Part shown: positions 25,726 through 35,700 of the stretch, piece by piece | Layout: each line of letters starts with the position of its first letter | Numbering within the stretch: the first letter of the stretch is position 1 | Virus record (IMG/VR): IMGVR_UViG_3300023174_000096 | Coordinates: 1 to 64,000 of that record | Reading direction: 5' to 3' (one strand) | From: a virus | Length of the DNA stretch: 64,000 bases | Translations under genes and position numbers: made by a program | The notes under the pieces: generated by a model | The model's input: only the letters and a program-made list of their open reading frames with translations | Told to the model about the DNA's origin: nothing | Database searches by the model: none

Positions 25726-26577
25726 ATGAAGATCGAACTGGCTTTGTACTCAACCCAAGAGCAACCGAAGTCCACCGCCCAGTGGGCGTGCGCCCGGTCC
25801 CCCCACTACCACTGGGAATCTGCCTCGCTGATTACCTCCCCCGACACGATCTGGGGATTCATGGACGAGGTGATGTCCGTGGACGCGGACGCGCGGGGGG
25901 ACACCGTAGCCGTTCGTTCTAGGTGGGAAGACCGCGAGTGGACCCAATACGTCCACCCGACCTACGGGGTCGTCCCCAAGCTCTTCGTGGACGAGGACGG
26001 CAAAGTGATCGAGGAATGGCCGACTCTTGAGGAGATCGGAGGCCCGTGGGTAGCGACGCACGTCCTGCCCGATGGGCACGGGATGCCCCTCTGCTACGTC
26101 CCCCCCACGGAGGGTTTCCAGATGGGAGACGCGATCTCTTCGACCAAAGATCGACGGGTCGTAGACGTTCTGGGCGGGTTCGTGGCCCTCACCCCCACCA
26201 CCATCGAGCAGTGGGCTTGGTATTGCGCGGCCACCGGGAAGCCGGTCCCCGAAGTCAACACCGAGAATCGCCACCACCCGGTGGTCGAGGTGGACTTTTG
26301 GCAGTCCCGCGACTTCGCAGAGTGGGCGGGTCTGGAGCTTCCCACGGAGGAACAGTGGGAGCACGCCGCGCGTGGGCGGGATGGGCGCAAGTTCCCGTGG
26401 GGCAACGAAGAACCGGGAGCCTACCCGGACCCGAAGTGTCACTGGTCTGGTGGCGACAGCGAGGGTGCCGATGGAGTCGCGCCCGTTTTTGAGCGTCCCG
26501 ATGGTGCCTCCCCCTACGGGTGCCTCGACATGAGCGGGAACGTCTGGGAGTGGTGCGACTCCCTGTACTACAGGTGA
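25726..26577 (+). CDS. FGE-sulfatase/CLec-fold protein truncated before the C-terminal variable region
   Basis: FQMG, HPVVEVDF, LPTEEQWEHAARG.DGRKFPWG, SPYGCLDMSGNVWEWC then stop; lacks RVxRGGSW...GFR. Confidence 0.85.
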   Translation: MKIELALYSTQEQPKSTAQWACARSPHYHWESASLITSPDTIWGFMDEVMSVDADARGDTVAVRSRWEDREWTQYVHPTYGVVPKLFVDEDGKVIEEWPTLEEIGGPWVATHVLPDGHGMPLCYVPPTEGFQMGDAISSTKDRRVVDVLGGFVALTPTTIEQWAWYCAATGKPVPEVNTENRHHPVVEVDFWQSRDFAEWAGLELPTEEQWEHAARGRDGRKFPWGNEEPGAYPDPKCHWSGGDSEGADGVAPVFERPDGASPYGCLDMSGNVWEWCDSLYYR

Positions 26578-26581
26578 AACC

Positions 26582-26761
26582 GTGAGTGATCCCAAGACCG
26601 CCGACACCCGTCTCCGCGTGTATCGCGGCGGGTCGTGGTGGAACAAGACCACCACCTATGTGCGTTTGGGGGTGAGCAGCGTTGACACGCCCACGAACCG
26701 TCTCTTCGACTTGGGGTTTCGTTGCGCGCTGCGGGGATGTGAGAGGAAGGTGAAACCGTGA
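26582..26761 (+). CDS. CLec VR mini-protein, family 2 (59 aa)
   Basis: RVYRGGSWWNKTTTYVRLGVSSVDTPTNRLFDLGFRCAL. Confidence 0.8.
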   Translation: MSDPKTADTRLRVYRGGSWWNKTTTYVRLGVSSVDTPTNRLFDLGFRCALRGCERKVKP

Positions 26762-26934
26762 GCAACCCCAAGACCGACACCCTCCTCCGCGTCTACCGCG
26801 GCGGTAGCTGGGACAACTTCGATCCGTCGTGGGTGCGCGTCGCGCTCCTTAGCTGGAGCGGGCCGACGTACCGGGACATCGACCTCGGTTTTCGGTGCGC
26901 GCGTGTGGGTTCCGAAAGGAAGGTGAAGCCGTGA
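26758..26934 (+). CDS. CLec VR mini-protein (58 aa)
   Basis: RVYRGGSWDNFDPSWVRVALLSWSGPTYRDIDLGFRCAR. Confidence 0.8.
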   Translation: MSNPKTDTLLRVYRGGSWDNFDPSWVRVALLSWSGPTYRDIDLGFRCARVGSERKVKP

Positions 26935-27107
26935 GCAACCCCAAGACCGACACCCGTCTCCGCGTCTTCCGCGGCGGTAGCTGGGGCTACCACGCACCGT
27001 CGTGGGTGCGCGCCGCGTCTCGCTACTCGCTCGTGCCTGCGAACCGTGACAACCTCTTGGGGTTTCGGTGCGCACGCGGGGGTTCCGAAAGGAAGGTGAA
27101 GCCGTGA
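26931..27107 (+). CDS. CLec VR mini-protein, family 1 (58 aa)
   Basis: RVFRGGSWGYHAPSWVRAASRYSLVPANRDNLLGFRCAR. Confidence 0.8.
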   Translation: MSNPKTDTRLRVFRGGSWGYHAPSWVRAASRYSLVPANRDNLLGFRCARGGSERKVKP

Positions 27108-27679
27108 GTGATCATTTCTGGACGTGCCCGTTGTGTGGCACTCCCTGTGAAAAGCTCTACAAGAACACAGACTTCTGGACGTGCCCGTACTGCCCCGCAT
27201 GGTCCGAACCCGGCGGCGGGAAGCGCATGGGACAGGTGTCTTCGTGGAGCCTCGCGGAGTGCCAACCGGGGGCGAAGAAGGTGATGGTCCCCGTGCGCGC
27301 GGGCACCGCTTGGCACTACGGCGACCACCTCGTGTGGCCCTTGGACGATTTCGTCCACGTCGGGCGGTCCCTTGAAGACGTGCTCGCCAAGGTCAAGAAG
27401 CGCACGGGCTCGGAGCCCCCACACCCCATGGTCGAGTACGTCCCGGCCCTCACCCTGCGGATCGGTGCCCTGTGCCGTAGGGGGCCGTCTCCCGCCCGGT
27501 ACGTCGGCGGCGGAAAAGCCTTGGCCGTGTCCGCACAGGACAGCGACCTCATGCTCGGAAATGCAAGCCCTCCCTCGGGCGGCGAAGATAATCTTCCCCT
27601 GCCCACCGCCCGTGAAGTTCTCCAACGGGCTGTGACACTGGCGACGGACGAAGAACTCGACGCACTTATCCAGAGGTGA
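27104..27679 (+). CDS. Hypothetical protein with N-terminal Zn ribbon
   Basis: WTCPLC...WTCPYC. Confidence 0.65.
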   Translation: MSDHFWTCPLCGTPCEKLYKNTDFWTCPYCPAWSEPGGGKRMGQVSSWSLAECQPGAKKVMVPVRAGTAWHYGDHLVWPLDDFVHVGRSLEDVLAKVKKRTGSEPPHPMVEYVPALTLRIGALCRRGPSPARYVGGGKALAVSAQDSDLMLGNASPPSGGEDNLPLPTAREVLQRAVTLATDEELDALIQR

Positions 27680-27942
27680 CTGCCATGACCCGTGAAGAAC
27701 TCGCTGAACGTGACCCCGACCTCCTGTTCGCAGACGGCTTCGACGAGGCGATCTTGGGCGTGGCCGAACGCTGCGGGAGCCCGCTGGTGGTCGTCTACGA
27801 CTACGCCAAGTGCTGCGAGATACTGGTGTCGCGCGACGGCATGAGCGACGACGAGGCCGTCGAATGGATGGAGTTCAACGTGGTGGGGGCCTACGCCGGG
27901 GACCGCACCCCGTGGTTCCTGCATGGGGCTCCAGAAATGTGA
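27676..27942 (+). CDS. Conserved phage hypothetical protein
   Basis: ADGFDEAILG..VVVYD..EAVEWMEFNVVGAY.G..TP. Confidence 0.75.
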   Translation: MTAMTREELAERDPDLLFADGFDEAILGVAERCGSPLVVVYDYAKCCEILVSRDGMSDDEAVEWMEFNVVGAYAGDRTPWFLHGAPEM

Positions 27943-28022
27943 ATGCGAAAAGCATTGACATTCTGTTTGCGGGGTGGCATAGATGTTTCCGCAACGTCCG
28001 CCGACTATCCCCCCCAAGGAGA

Positions 28023-28538
28023 ATGTCCATGTCTATCAACACACAATCCCTCGCAGAGATCCATCGTCAGGCCACCTCCCGTGTCGAGCAGCTTCGTGCT
28101 GACATCGAGGAGGCCCAGAAGCTCCTGAGCTCCTATGAGCAGGAGCTCACCCCCCTCCTCCAGATCATGAAGGTCACGGCCCCGCTGTCCCCGGAGCCCA
28201 AGGAGGAATCCCCGGTCCTGTCCCCCGCCGCACAGATGCGTGAGGCCGTGGAGGAAGTGCTGGAGACGGAAGGCCCTGCACAGGGCGTGGAGACGGTGAT
28301 CCCGTCCCGCCGTTACAGCCAGTACAAGCTAGCCCCCCGCTTCCGTCGCTTCCTCGACCGCTTCGGCAACAACGAGAAGGTCGAGCGTCGGGAGATCGCG
28401 GCGTGGTACCGCCGCGCCCTGAGCCCCGGCATGGCCGACAACTCCCTCTACGCGATGGTGAGCGAGATCACTCGCACGCTGGTCGCCAAGGGAATCCTCG
28501 CTCGTGAGGGCGAGGGCGTCTGGCGCATCGTCCGCTGA
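28023..28538 (+). CDS. Coiled-coil + winged-helix-like protein
   Basis: SD aagga; TTGACA at 27955-27960 upstream. Confidence 0.7.
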   Translation: MSMSINTQSLAEIHRQATSRVEQLRADIEEAQKLLSSYEQELTPLLQIMKVTAPLSPEPKEESPVLSPAAQMREAVEEVLETEGPAQGVETVIPSRRYSQYKLAPRFRRFLDRFGNNEKVERREIAAWYRRALSPGMADNSLYAMVSEITRTLVAKGILAREGEGVWRIVR

Positions 28539-28569
28539 CCCCCGGTGACGGCAGGGGTATCATCGCAGG

Positions 28570-29148
28570 GTGCTGCCCCCCACCGTCATCGCCGCCGCGC
28601 TTCGTACCTCCGCGCCATTCCCCGGCGGTCCTGCCTTCGACCTCCTCTGCCAAGCCATCGCCAATGCCACGGTGACGTGGTTGCCCACGGGCGTGACCCT
28701 CACGGGTGTCACCACGGGTGTGGTAGGAGCGGGCACCGTCACAGGTGCTCTCGCCTTCGCCGGGACACCCCCGCTGGTGCTGGCAGCGATGTCTGCGCTT
28801 CCGGGACCGAACGCGCCCGCCCTCGCCACCACCCTCTCGGCGGGGCTCAACAGCGGGCTGGCGGGACTCACCTACGCTGGGGTGAGTACAGGCGTGGGGA
28901 CGGGCACGGACGTGTCTCGGGTGGTTAGCGCCAACATCCCCGCCCTCGCCCAAGTTCTCCGCACCGCCCACAGCGCCCTGTGCGCCGCCCAAGGTGGGAC
29001 GGGATCGACCGTGCCCGTCTTCTACGATGCCCTCGCAGCGGGCATTGCCACCGTGGTGATCACGGGCACGGGACTCGGTGCAGTCGCCCCTACCGGGCCG
29101 CTCGGGCCAAGCTCGTCGGTGGGGGTGTCCACCTCAGTTCCCGTGTGA
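28570..29148 (+). CDS. Gly/Ala/Thr-rich putative virion protein
   Basis: Composition; internal duplication; precedes giant structural gene. Confidence 0.6.
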   Translation: MLPPTVIAAALRTSAPFPGGPAFDLLCQAIANATVTWLPTGVTLTGVTTGVVGAGTVTGALAFAGTPPLVLAAMSALPGPNAPALATTLSAGLNSGLAGLTYAGVSTGVGTGTDVSRVVSANIPALAQVLRTAHSALCAAQGGTGSTVPVFYDALAAGIATVVITGTGLGAVAPTGPLGPSSSVGVSTSVPV

Positions 29149-29151
29149 CCG

Positions 29152-29739
29152 TCAGAGGACTTCTGGCTTGACCGTGACCAAGATGTAGTTGAGGGCGAGG
29201 TAACTGGCGAGGGCGTGGATCAGTCGGGCGCACCGTTCAGCATCCACCGGGGGCTCGTAGTATGTCGCGCTGAATTCCAGCGTGGCCCCCTTTGAGGCAT
29301 GGTGCCACCCCCCGTGCCCTTCCAGAAGCCCTCCCGCCCTCGCGGCAGCGGCCACTTCGCAGAGGGCGGGCCACCCGGATGGCTTAGGGTGGGAACTGCT
29401 GAGATCGTATCTGTCGTGCGAGAGGGCACCCAGAAGCACCTCGACTTGGTGCTTCAGAGTCTTGGCCTCCGAGAGGAGATAAGCCGTGGTCGTGCAGCCT
29501 CGGCGCATCCATTGTGGGGCGGCGTTCCCGTAGTGCTGGGTTTCGACCAGCCAGTTGATCTCGCGTTCGTAGTGCTTCCTCGGCACCAAGAACTCGCCCT
29601 CCAACAGAGGGCTGCTGATGACTTTGGCCTCAAGGAGGTCCAGCGGGAATTCCCTGCGGGCGACCTCGGCCATCACCCCTTCCCATGTGTAGGCGTGGCG
29701 CGGTGTCGGGACCGTGTGTGATGTCGTCGCTCGCGGCAT
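29152..29739 (-). CDS. Hypothetical protein
   Basis: GAGCGTAA 8 nt upstream of ATG 29739. Confidence 0.55.
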   Translation of the reverse strand: MPRATTSHTVPTPRHAYTWEGVMAEVARREFPLDLLEAKVISSPLLEGEFLVPRKHYEREINWLVETQHYGNAAPQWMRRGCTTTAYLLSEAKTLKHQVEVLLGALSHDRYDLSSSHPKPSGWPALCEVAAAARAGGLLEGHGGWHHASKGATLEFSATYYEPPVDAERCARLIHALASYLALNYILVTVKPEVL

Positions 29740-29780
29740 GAGCACGGTTACGCTCCGATCCCACGGCGTAAGGTAACGCG

Positions 29781-32700
29781 ATGGGCAACTTCGACGGTCA
29801 GGTACTCCCGGGCGCACGCGCCTCGACCAGCAACGCCGACACCACGGGGGAGGTCTCCTCGGGCGTGTCCCGTGCGGTGTTCACTTCCACCACCCCGACG
29901 TACCCCACGGCGACGGCCACGGACATCAACGGTGCTCGGTACCGCGCCACGCTGAGTGAAAGCGGGCAGACCGTTGAGTATTTGCTCTGGGCGAACACCT
30001 CGGGACCGCTGACCGTCGCCCCCGGCACCGTATCCACCGATGGGACGGTCGCCATCCCTACGGGCACGCTCACGGTCGGCGCGTACAAAGACGGCACGTC
30101 ACGTCTGGTGGTCACCGACAACGGCGGGGCGAACATCGTCTCGGTCACCGCCCTTGAGTTCAAGCAGGGCGGGACGACTTTGTTCGTTACAGCCCCCGGT
30201 GGCTTCACGTTTGATTCCACGTCAGGCACGATCAGCCTCAACACCCTCGTGGCAAGCGCCTCGCGGGGGGACGCCTTCCGGGCGACGTACATTGTCGGCC
30301 CCGCGACCTTCAACTGGACGCGCAACGATCCCAGTGCGACGCGCTTCGGCTGGAACGCGGCGCACCGCAAGTGGGAGCCCTACAAGGGCGGGGCAGTCAA
30401 GGACCTCGGGAAGCTGCTGTCGTCGGCGGGCTCCCGGTACACCCTGTCGCCCATCCCCACCACCCCCGTGGACGACTACCTCCCGGGCACGAACACCGTG
30501 GGCGAGTACGCCATGCTGCGCCTTGGGAGCTCTCCCGACGAGGCTTCTTACCCCGTGGTGACGGGGGTTTCGTACAGCGGCGTGAAGGTCGTCACCGACG
30601 ACGTGGCGACCCCCAGCTACAACTTCAACTCCGTGTCCCCGGCCCTCGCGGGCGTGATGGGCAACAACTCGGGGAAGATCGTATGGAACCCGGCGTTCGT
30701 TGCCGACCACGAGGGTGAGACCCTCTGGTACTCCCCAAGGGATTTCTCGGCCAAGAACGACGGGGTCGTCGGCCCCTTGGTGGACGGTTCTTGGTACACC
30801 GCCCCCGTCCCCGGCCCCCTCGACCGACCCGTCCTCCGTGTTGGTCAACGGGCACCCCTCACCGTCGTCACGGTCAACAACGAGACTGACCTCGCGGCGC
30901 TCACGGTCCCCCTCGGGAGTGCAGGTGTGGCCCTGTCCACGGGGCGCGTGAAGCTCGACCCCAACACCCCGCTGAAGGCCAACCCTGCTTCGCTGCTGTT
31001 CGACCCGGCGTACCTCAATGCGAGCCTTCGGTACGACGGCATCGCCCTCAACCGCTACCCGCAGTCGGTCCAAGCTCCCGTCTCCCTCACCCCTTCGGGC
31101 AACGACTACCTCATTCCCGCCGCCGTGGGGCTTCCCGGCACGGGCATCTCGGGACTCCTTCGGGTGCCCGATGGGACGGGCAACACTCCCGACCCCGCCC
31201 TCCCGGTGACCTACCGACCCGGCGCGTCGGGCTTGGTGAACGCGCTCACCCCCGGCTTCGGTGACGCCTACCTGTACACGGACGCGGGGCGCATCGCGAA
31301 GCTCGTCCCGGTCAACCTCGACGCAGACCTCCCCACGGATCTCTTCTCCCTCCCGCTGGACACGGCGTATGTCTCCCTCGACACGGGGCGCGTGCGAGTG
31401 GGCTACGCCCTCGCTCAGACGCTCGTCGGCAAGACGGTGTACTTCGTCCAAGCTGTCGTGACGCCCGCGCAGTACCCGGACACGGCGAGGGTGTTCTCAA
31501 GGGTGCGGGACACCTTCACCTTCGCGGGCACGGAGACCTTCACCTTCTCGGTGGACGGGGTGACCTTCACCTTCTCCCCCGCTGCTGGCACCGACATCCC
31601 CGCTGCCACGGTGGCGACGGCCCTCAACGCCATCATGGGCGCAGGTGGCTTCGCTGGAGTTCTCTCTGGCTACCTGTACATCGCCGCCCCCAATGCGTCG
31701 GGCGCGGTGGCCGTGGGCTTCAACGAGACCGGGTGCCGGGTGATGGGCTTCCCGCCCGGGTGGCGGGTGAGCAACCCCAGCGCGGGCACCAAGGACGCCA
31801 CGGACCCCAACTGGCTCGCGGACACGGGCCTGTCCTTGGGTGTCTCCCGCAGCCCCAACAACTTGGACGGATCGCAGCCCGCCACGGACGTGCGCGCCAC
31901 CTACCGGGTGACCGACGTGTCCCTGTCCGAATCTCTCTCCTCCGTCCCCTACCAACTCCTCGATTATCCTCCGCGCGAGGACATCGCGGGCTACGACGAC
32001 GGTGAGTTCTTCGCCCTGTCCGGGGTGGCCTCACCGAACACGGTGCGACTGAGCACCACGGTCAAGCCGTGGAAGGACGCCGTCTACCAGTTCGATCAGT
32101 CCCGCTTCGCTTGGCTGTCCAACTTCAGCTTCGCGGGGCAGGTGCAGTCGCCCGTGTCGGCCATTGACCTTGGCAACGCGGGGGTAGTGCCCAGTACGTT
32201 CTACCCCGCGATGGACGGGTACCTCAAGGTGTCGGCCAAGGGCGGGGCGGCGCAGTCCCTCACCCTCGGGACAGATTTCTTGGTGCCAGAGGGGTCGGGC
32301 ACGGCGCTGCTCATCGACCGCGTCGGGCCAGAGGTTCTCAACGGCTACCGTGGGAGCGTCACGGGCTCCACCCTCACGGACACCTCGGTGGACTTCACCA
32401 CCATCGCCCAAGTGGGCGACCGACTGAAGGTGACCTCGGGAGGCTCCACAGGCTCGTACACCGTGGCATCGTCCACGCCCACCACCCTCACCGTGGTGAA
32501 CCCGTTCCCCGTGGCCTCGACCGGGAACGTGTCGTGGGAGCTCTACCGTGGGGTGAACTACACGGACCCCACCAAGATCGACCCCTCGATCCTCGCGGAC
32601 GCCGTGTTCACGGAGTTCAACCACCTCGGAGGCGAGACCTTCAAGGTGCGCCTGTACACGTCCCTCGGCACGGCGGGCGGCACGCTCGACACGGTGGACC

Positions 32701-35700
32701 TCCCCACGGCCACGTCGGGGAGGGTGCTGACCGTCCGCTTCGGGACGACCGGGACGACCACCTCGCAACTGACGGTGCTCACCAGCACCGAACTTGGGGC
32801 GCTTGCCAACGGATCGCTGTTCGTCCCGACCACCAACCCCCGGTTCGCCACGGACAAGTTCTCCGTAGTGGTAGGCACCAAGGTGTTCGTGAACGGGGTG
32901 GACCTCCTGCCCGTCGCGAGCTTTTCGCCCACGATCCCGGCGAACCAGATCGAGTACCTCACCACCACGGGCGAGCTTGGGTTTGGGGCCACCGTGGAGG
33001 CGGACTACCAATCCGCCACGGTGGTCTACCGACAGGAAGTCCTCAACCCCGCCAACATCTCCCAAGGCACGGGTGAGATCTCGCCCTTCACGGGTGCCGT
33101 GGGTCTCAGCGCCACGGACATCGCGGCCAACACAGGCAGCACCGTCTACCTCGTGGATCTCCAGACCTACGAGGAGGTGTTCCTCAACCCGATCCTCGGG
33201 TCGTTCACCCTCCAGCGCCCGGTGAAGGCGGGCCAACTCGTCGAGGTGACCTACACCCGCGCCAAGCCCGACTCGGGCCTTCCCTACCCCAACGCGACCA
33301 CCCCGGAGGTTGTAACCGAGTTCCTCCCGGTGTTCATCCGTCGCGAGACGGCCACGCGGGTCAACCAACAGGTCTACTCGTTCAACGCGGGTGGGCGCAC
33401 CGTGGACACCGACGTGGAGCCCTCGGTGCTCGTCAACGCCAACCTCGTGTCCTACGGGGTGCCCAAGGGCGTCAACTTCAACTTCTCTGACAACACCTTC
33501 ACGCTCGTGAAGTCCGTGCTCGACCCGGCCACGCGGGTGCTCATCACCTATGCCGTGTACGAGGCCACGGGCGGGGAGACCAGCTACACGGTCTCCAAGG
33601 GTCCGGTGTGGAGGCCCCCGTTCCAGTTGAGGGCGAACACCACGTCCTTCGACCTCAAGGGCAACCGAACCTCGGAGCTCACGTCGGGTCGGATTCTCCG
33701 TCTGGGCAACTACCTCACCTACATCCAGAGCGCCGCTTACAACGGCACGACGAAGACGAAGGTTGAGATCTACCCCGCCCCCACCCGGGACGTGGGCTCG
33801 CTCGCTCCTTCAGATCCGCCCGTCAATCTCGTTACAGATCGGGCGATCACTCCGTTGGTGAATGGAGTGGTGACCGTGGCTGCGAACGGTCTGCTCCCCA
33901 AGCTCACGGATGCCTATGGGCTCGCCAGCGTGCCCAAGTTCCAGCCCGTCACCAAGGGCCAGAACGTCGTGCGCTTTGAGGGTGACCTGACGAAGTACGC
34001 CGTCACGGGTCACGTCATCGAGCTCTTCGGGATTCCCTTCCTCGTCGCCAAGAGTGACTTCGTGGAGGGTGCCTTCACCGACATCACCCTCGGGTCACCC
34101 TCGCCCGTGCAGATGGTGTGGACCAGCACCCTGCCGACCAGCACCGTCCGCATCTCCGTGCGCCCGATCTACCCCGTGGGCGCGACCACCTTCATCGGCG
34201 CAGGGAGCCTCGTCGGCACCGAGCCCTACGAGGTCGTCCTGTGCGAGGGGACCGCGCCGGGTGTGACCCTCACGGAAGGTCGAGACTACCAAATCGACCA
34301 GACGGCGGGCACGCTCACACTTCTGGAGCCCCGACAGACGGGAATGCCCACGGGCGCGTCCCTGCGGTTCTACCGCACCGTGCAGGACACCCTCGCCCCG
34401 TTCGTCTTCCAAGGCGTGGTGCAGTACCCCCGGGTGGCGGCGAGCGCGGGCTTCATCGACCCGCCCAGCGAGGCCAACGGAAGGCTGGGGGCCACCCTCA
34501 CTGCCACCTACACCTTCGACTCGCCCGACAGCTTCTATGCCCGGTCGCTACCGCTTCCCTCGTACATCACGGAGACGGCGCGGAGCATCGTGCAAGGGGT
34601 CACCCGCAAAGCAGCGGGCACGAACCCCTCGGTGGGTGGGTTCCCCAAGAACTCCCCGTCCACGCAGGGCACGGCGGGCTTGGTGTCGGAGCGCCAAGAC
34701 TTGGTGTCCCGCGACCGGGTCACCCGTACTTTCCTTCGCTACTACAACGGGATCATCACCTCGTTTGAGCAGGTGCTTGAGACCATCAACGGCAACCCCG
34801 TGGGCGACCGCGATGGCAAGCTCCGTCTCTGGATGGGGATGGGGGACAAGTGGACGCCGCCGGGGTACGAGGACGGGATCACCGGGGCGGTCAATCCCCG
34901 CAACGTCTGGAACGAAGTCTGGAACGGCTTCCGCACCTCGCCCATCGCACTTCTCCCAAGCGACCCCATCGTCAGCCCCTACGGCGCGAGCCTCACGGGC
35001 GGGGCGCTCACCGGGACCGCCCTGTCCGCGAGCGCCCTCGGCCAGCTACAGGGCCTTCAGTACCGAGCCATCAAGAACGACGTGGACGACGTGGTGCTCA
35101 ACGGGCTCACGGGCACCACCGTGGCCCTCTCGGGCATCATCCGGTTCAAGGTCACCTCCTACGGGGTGTACCGGGGGCTGTCCCAGCCTTCGGCCTTCTC
35201 GCGGCTGTTCCCTGAGAGGGCCGACGCTTTCACCACCACCGACCCCGGCATTGGTTACAACCCGACCACGGGCTCCGTAGGGGTGTACAGCTACGGGAAG
35301 CTGGACCTCGACCTCTTCGGGAGTCCCCCGTCCATCTCGTTTCAGTCCACCACGGGGAACTCCATCGCGCGGTTGGCCAACCCCGTGCGCGGGAACATCA
35401 CGTCGGTGCTGGGCGCGACGGTCCAAGACCGCCTCGCGCGGGCGCGCATCCTCGCCTACTACCCCAACGGAGTCTCGGGTGTTCCGGGTGCCTCCGGGCG
35501 TCCTGTGTTTGTCGCCACGGTGCTCCCGCTCGACAAGTTCCCGCTGCTCCCCAACGGCCAGCCCGACACGGCGAAGCTCGTGGCAGGAGCGGGCATCTCG
35601 GGCCTGTACGACCTGACCAGCGGCGACCCCGACCTCCACACCCCGCCGTTCAACCCCGGCGACCAGCTAGCCCTCGGCACCCCCGATGGCACGGGGTACT

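Noticed and set aside
25726-26577. Active formylglycine-generating enzyme
   Set aside because: The catalytic C-terminal Cys-containing segment is absent; only the fold scaffold motifs remain
25340-27107. CRISPR array interpretation of the ~177-bp tandem repeats
   Set aside because: Units are protein-coding with codon-patterned variation; no short identical repeats with unique spacers and no cas genes
11811-27107. A complete DGR (RT + TR + Avd) in this window
   Set aside because: No ORF with RT motifs (YxDD in RT context) and no AAC-rich template copy found; every copy looks like a mutated VR
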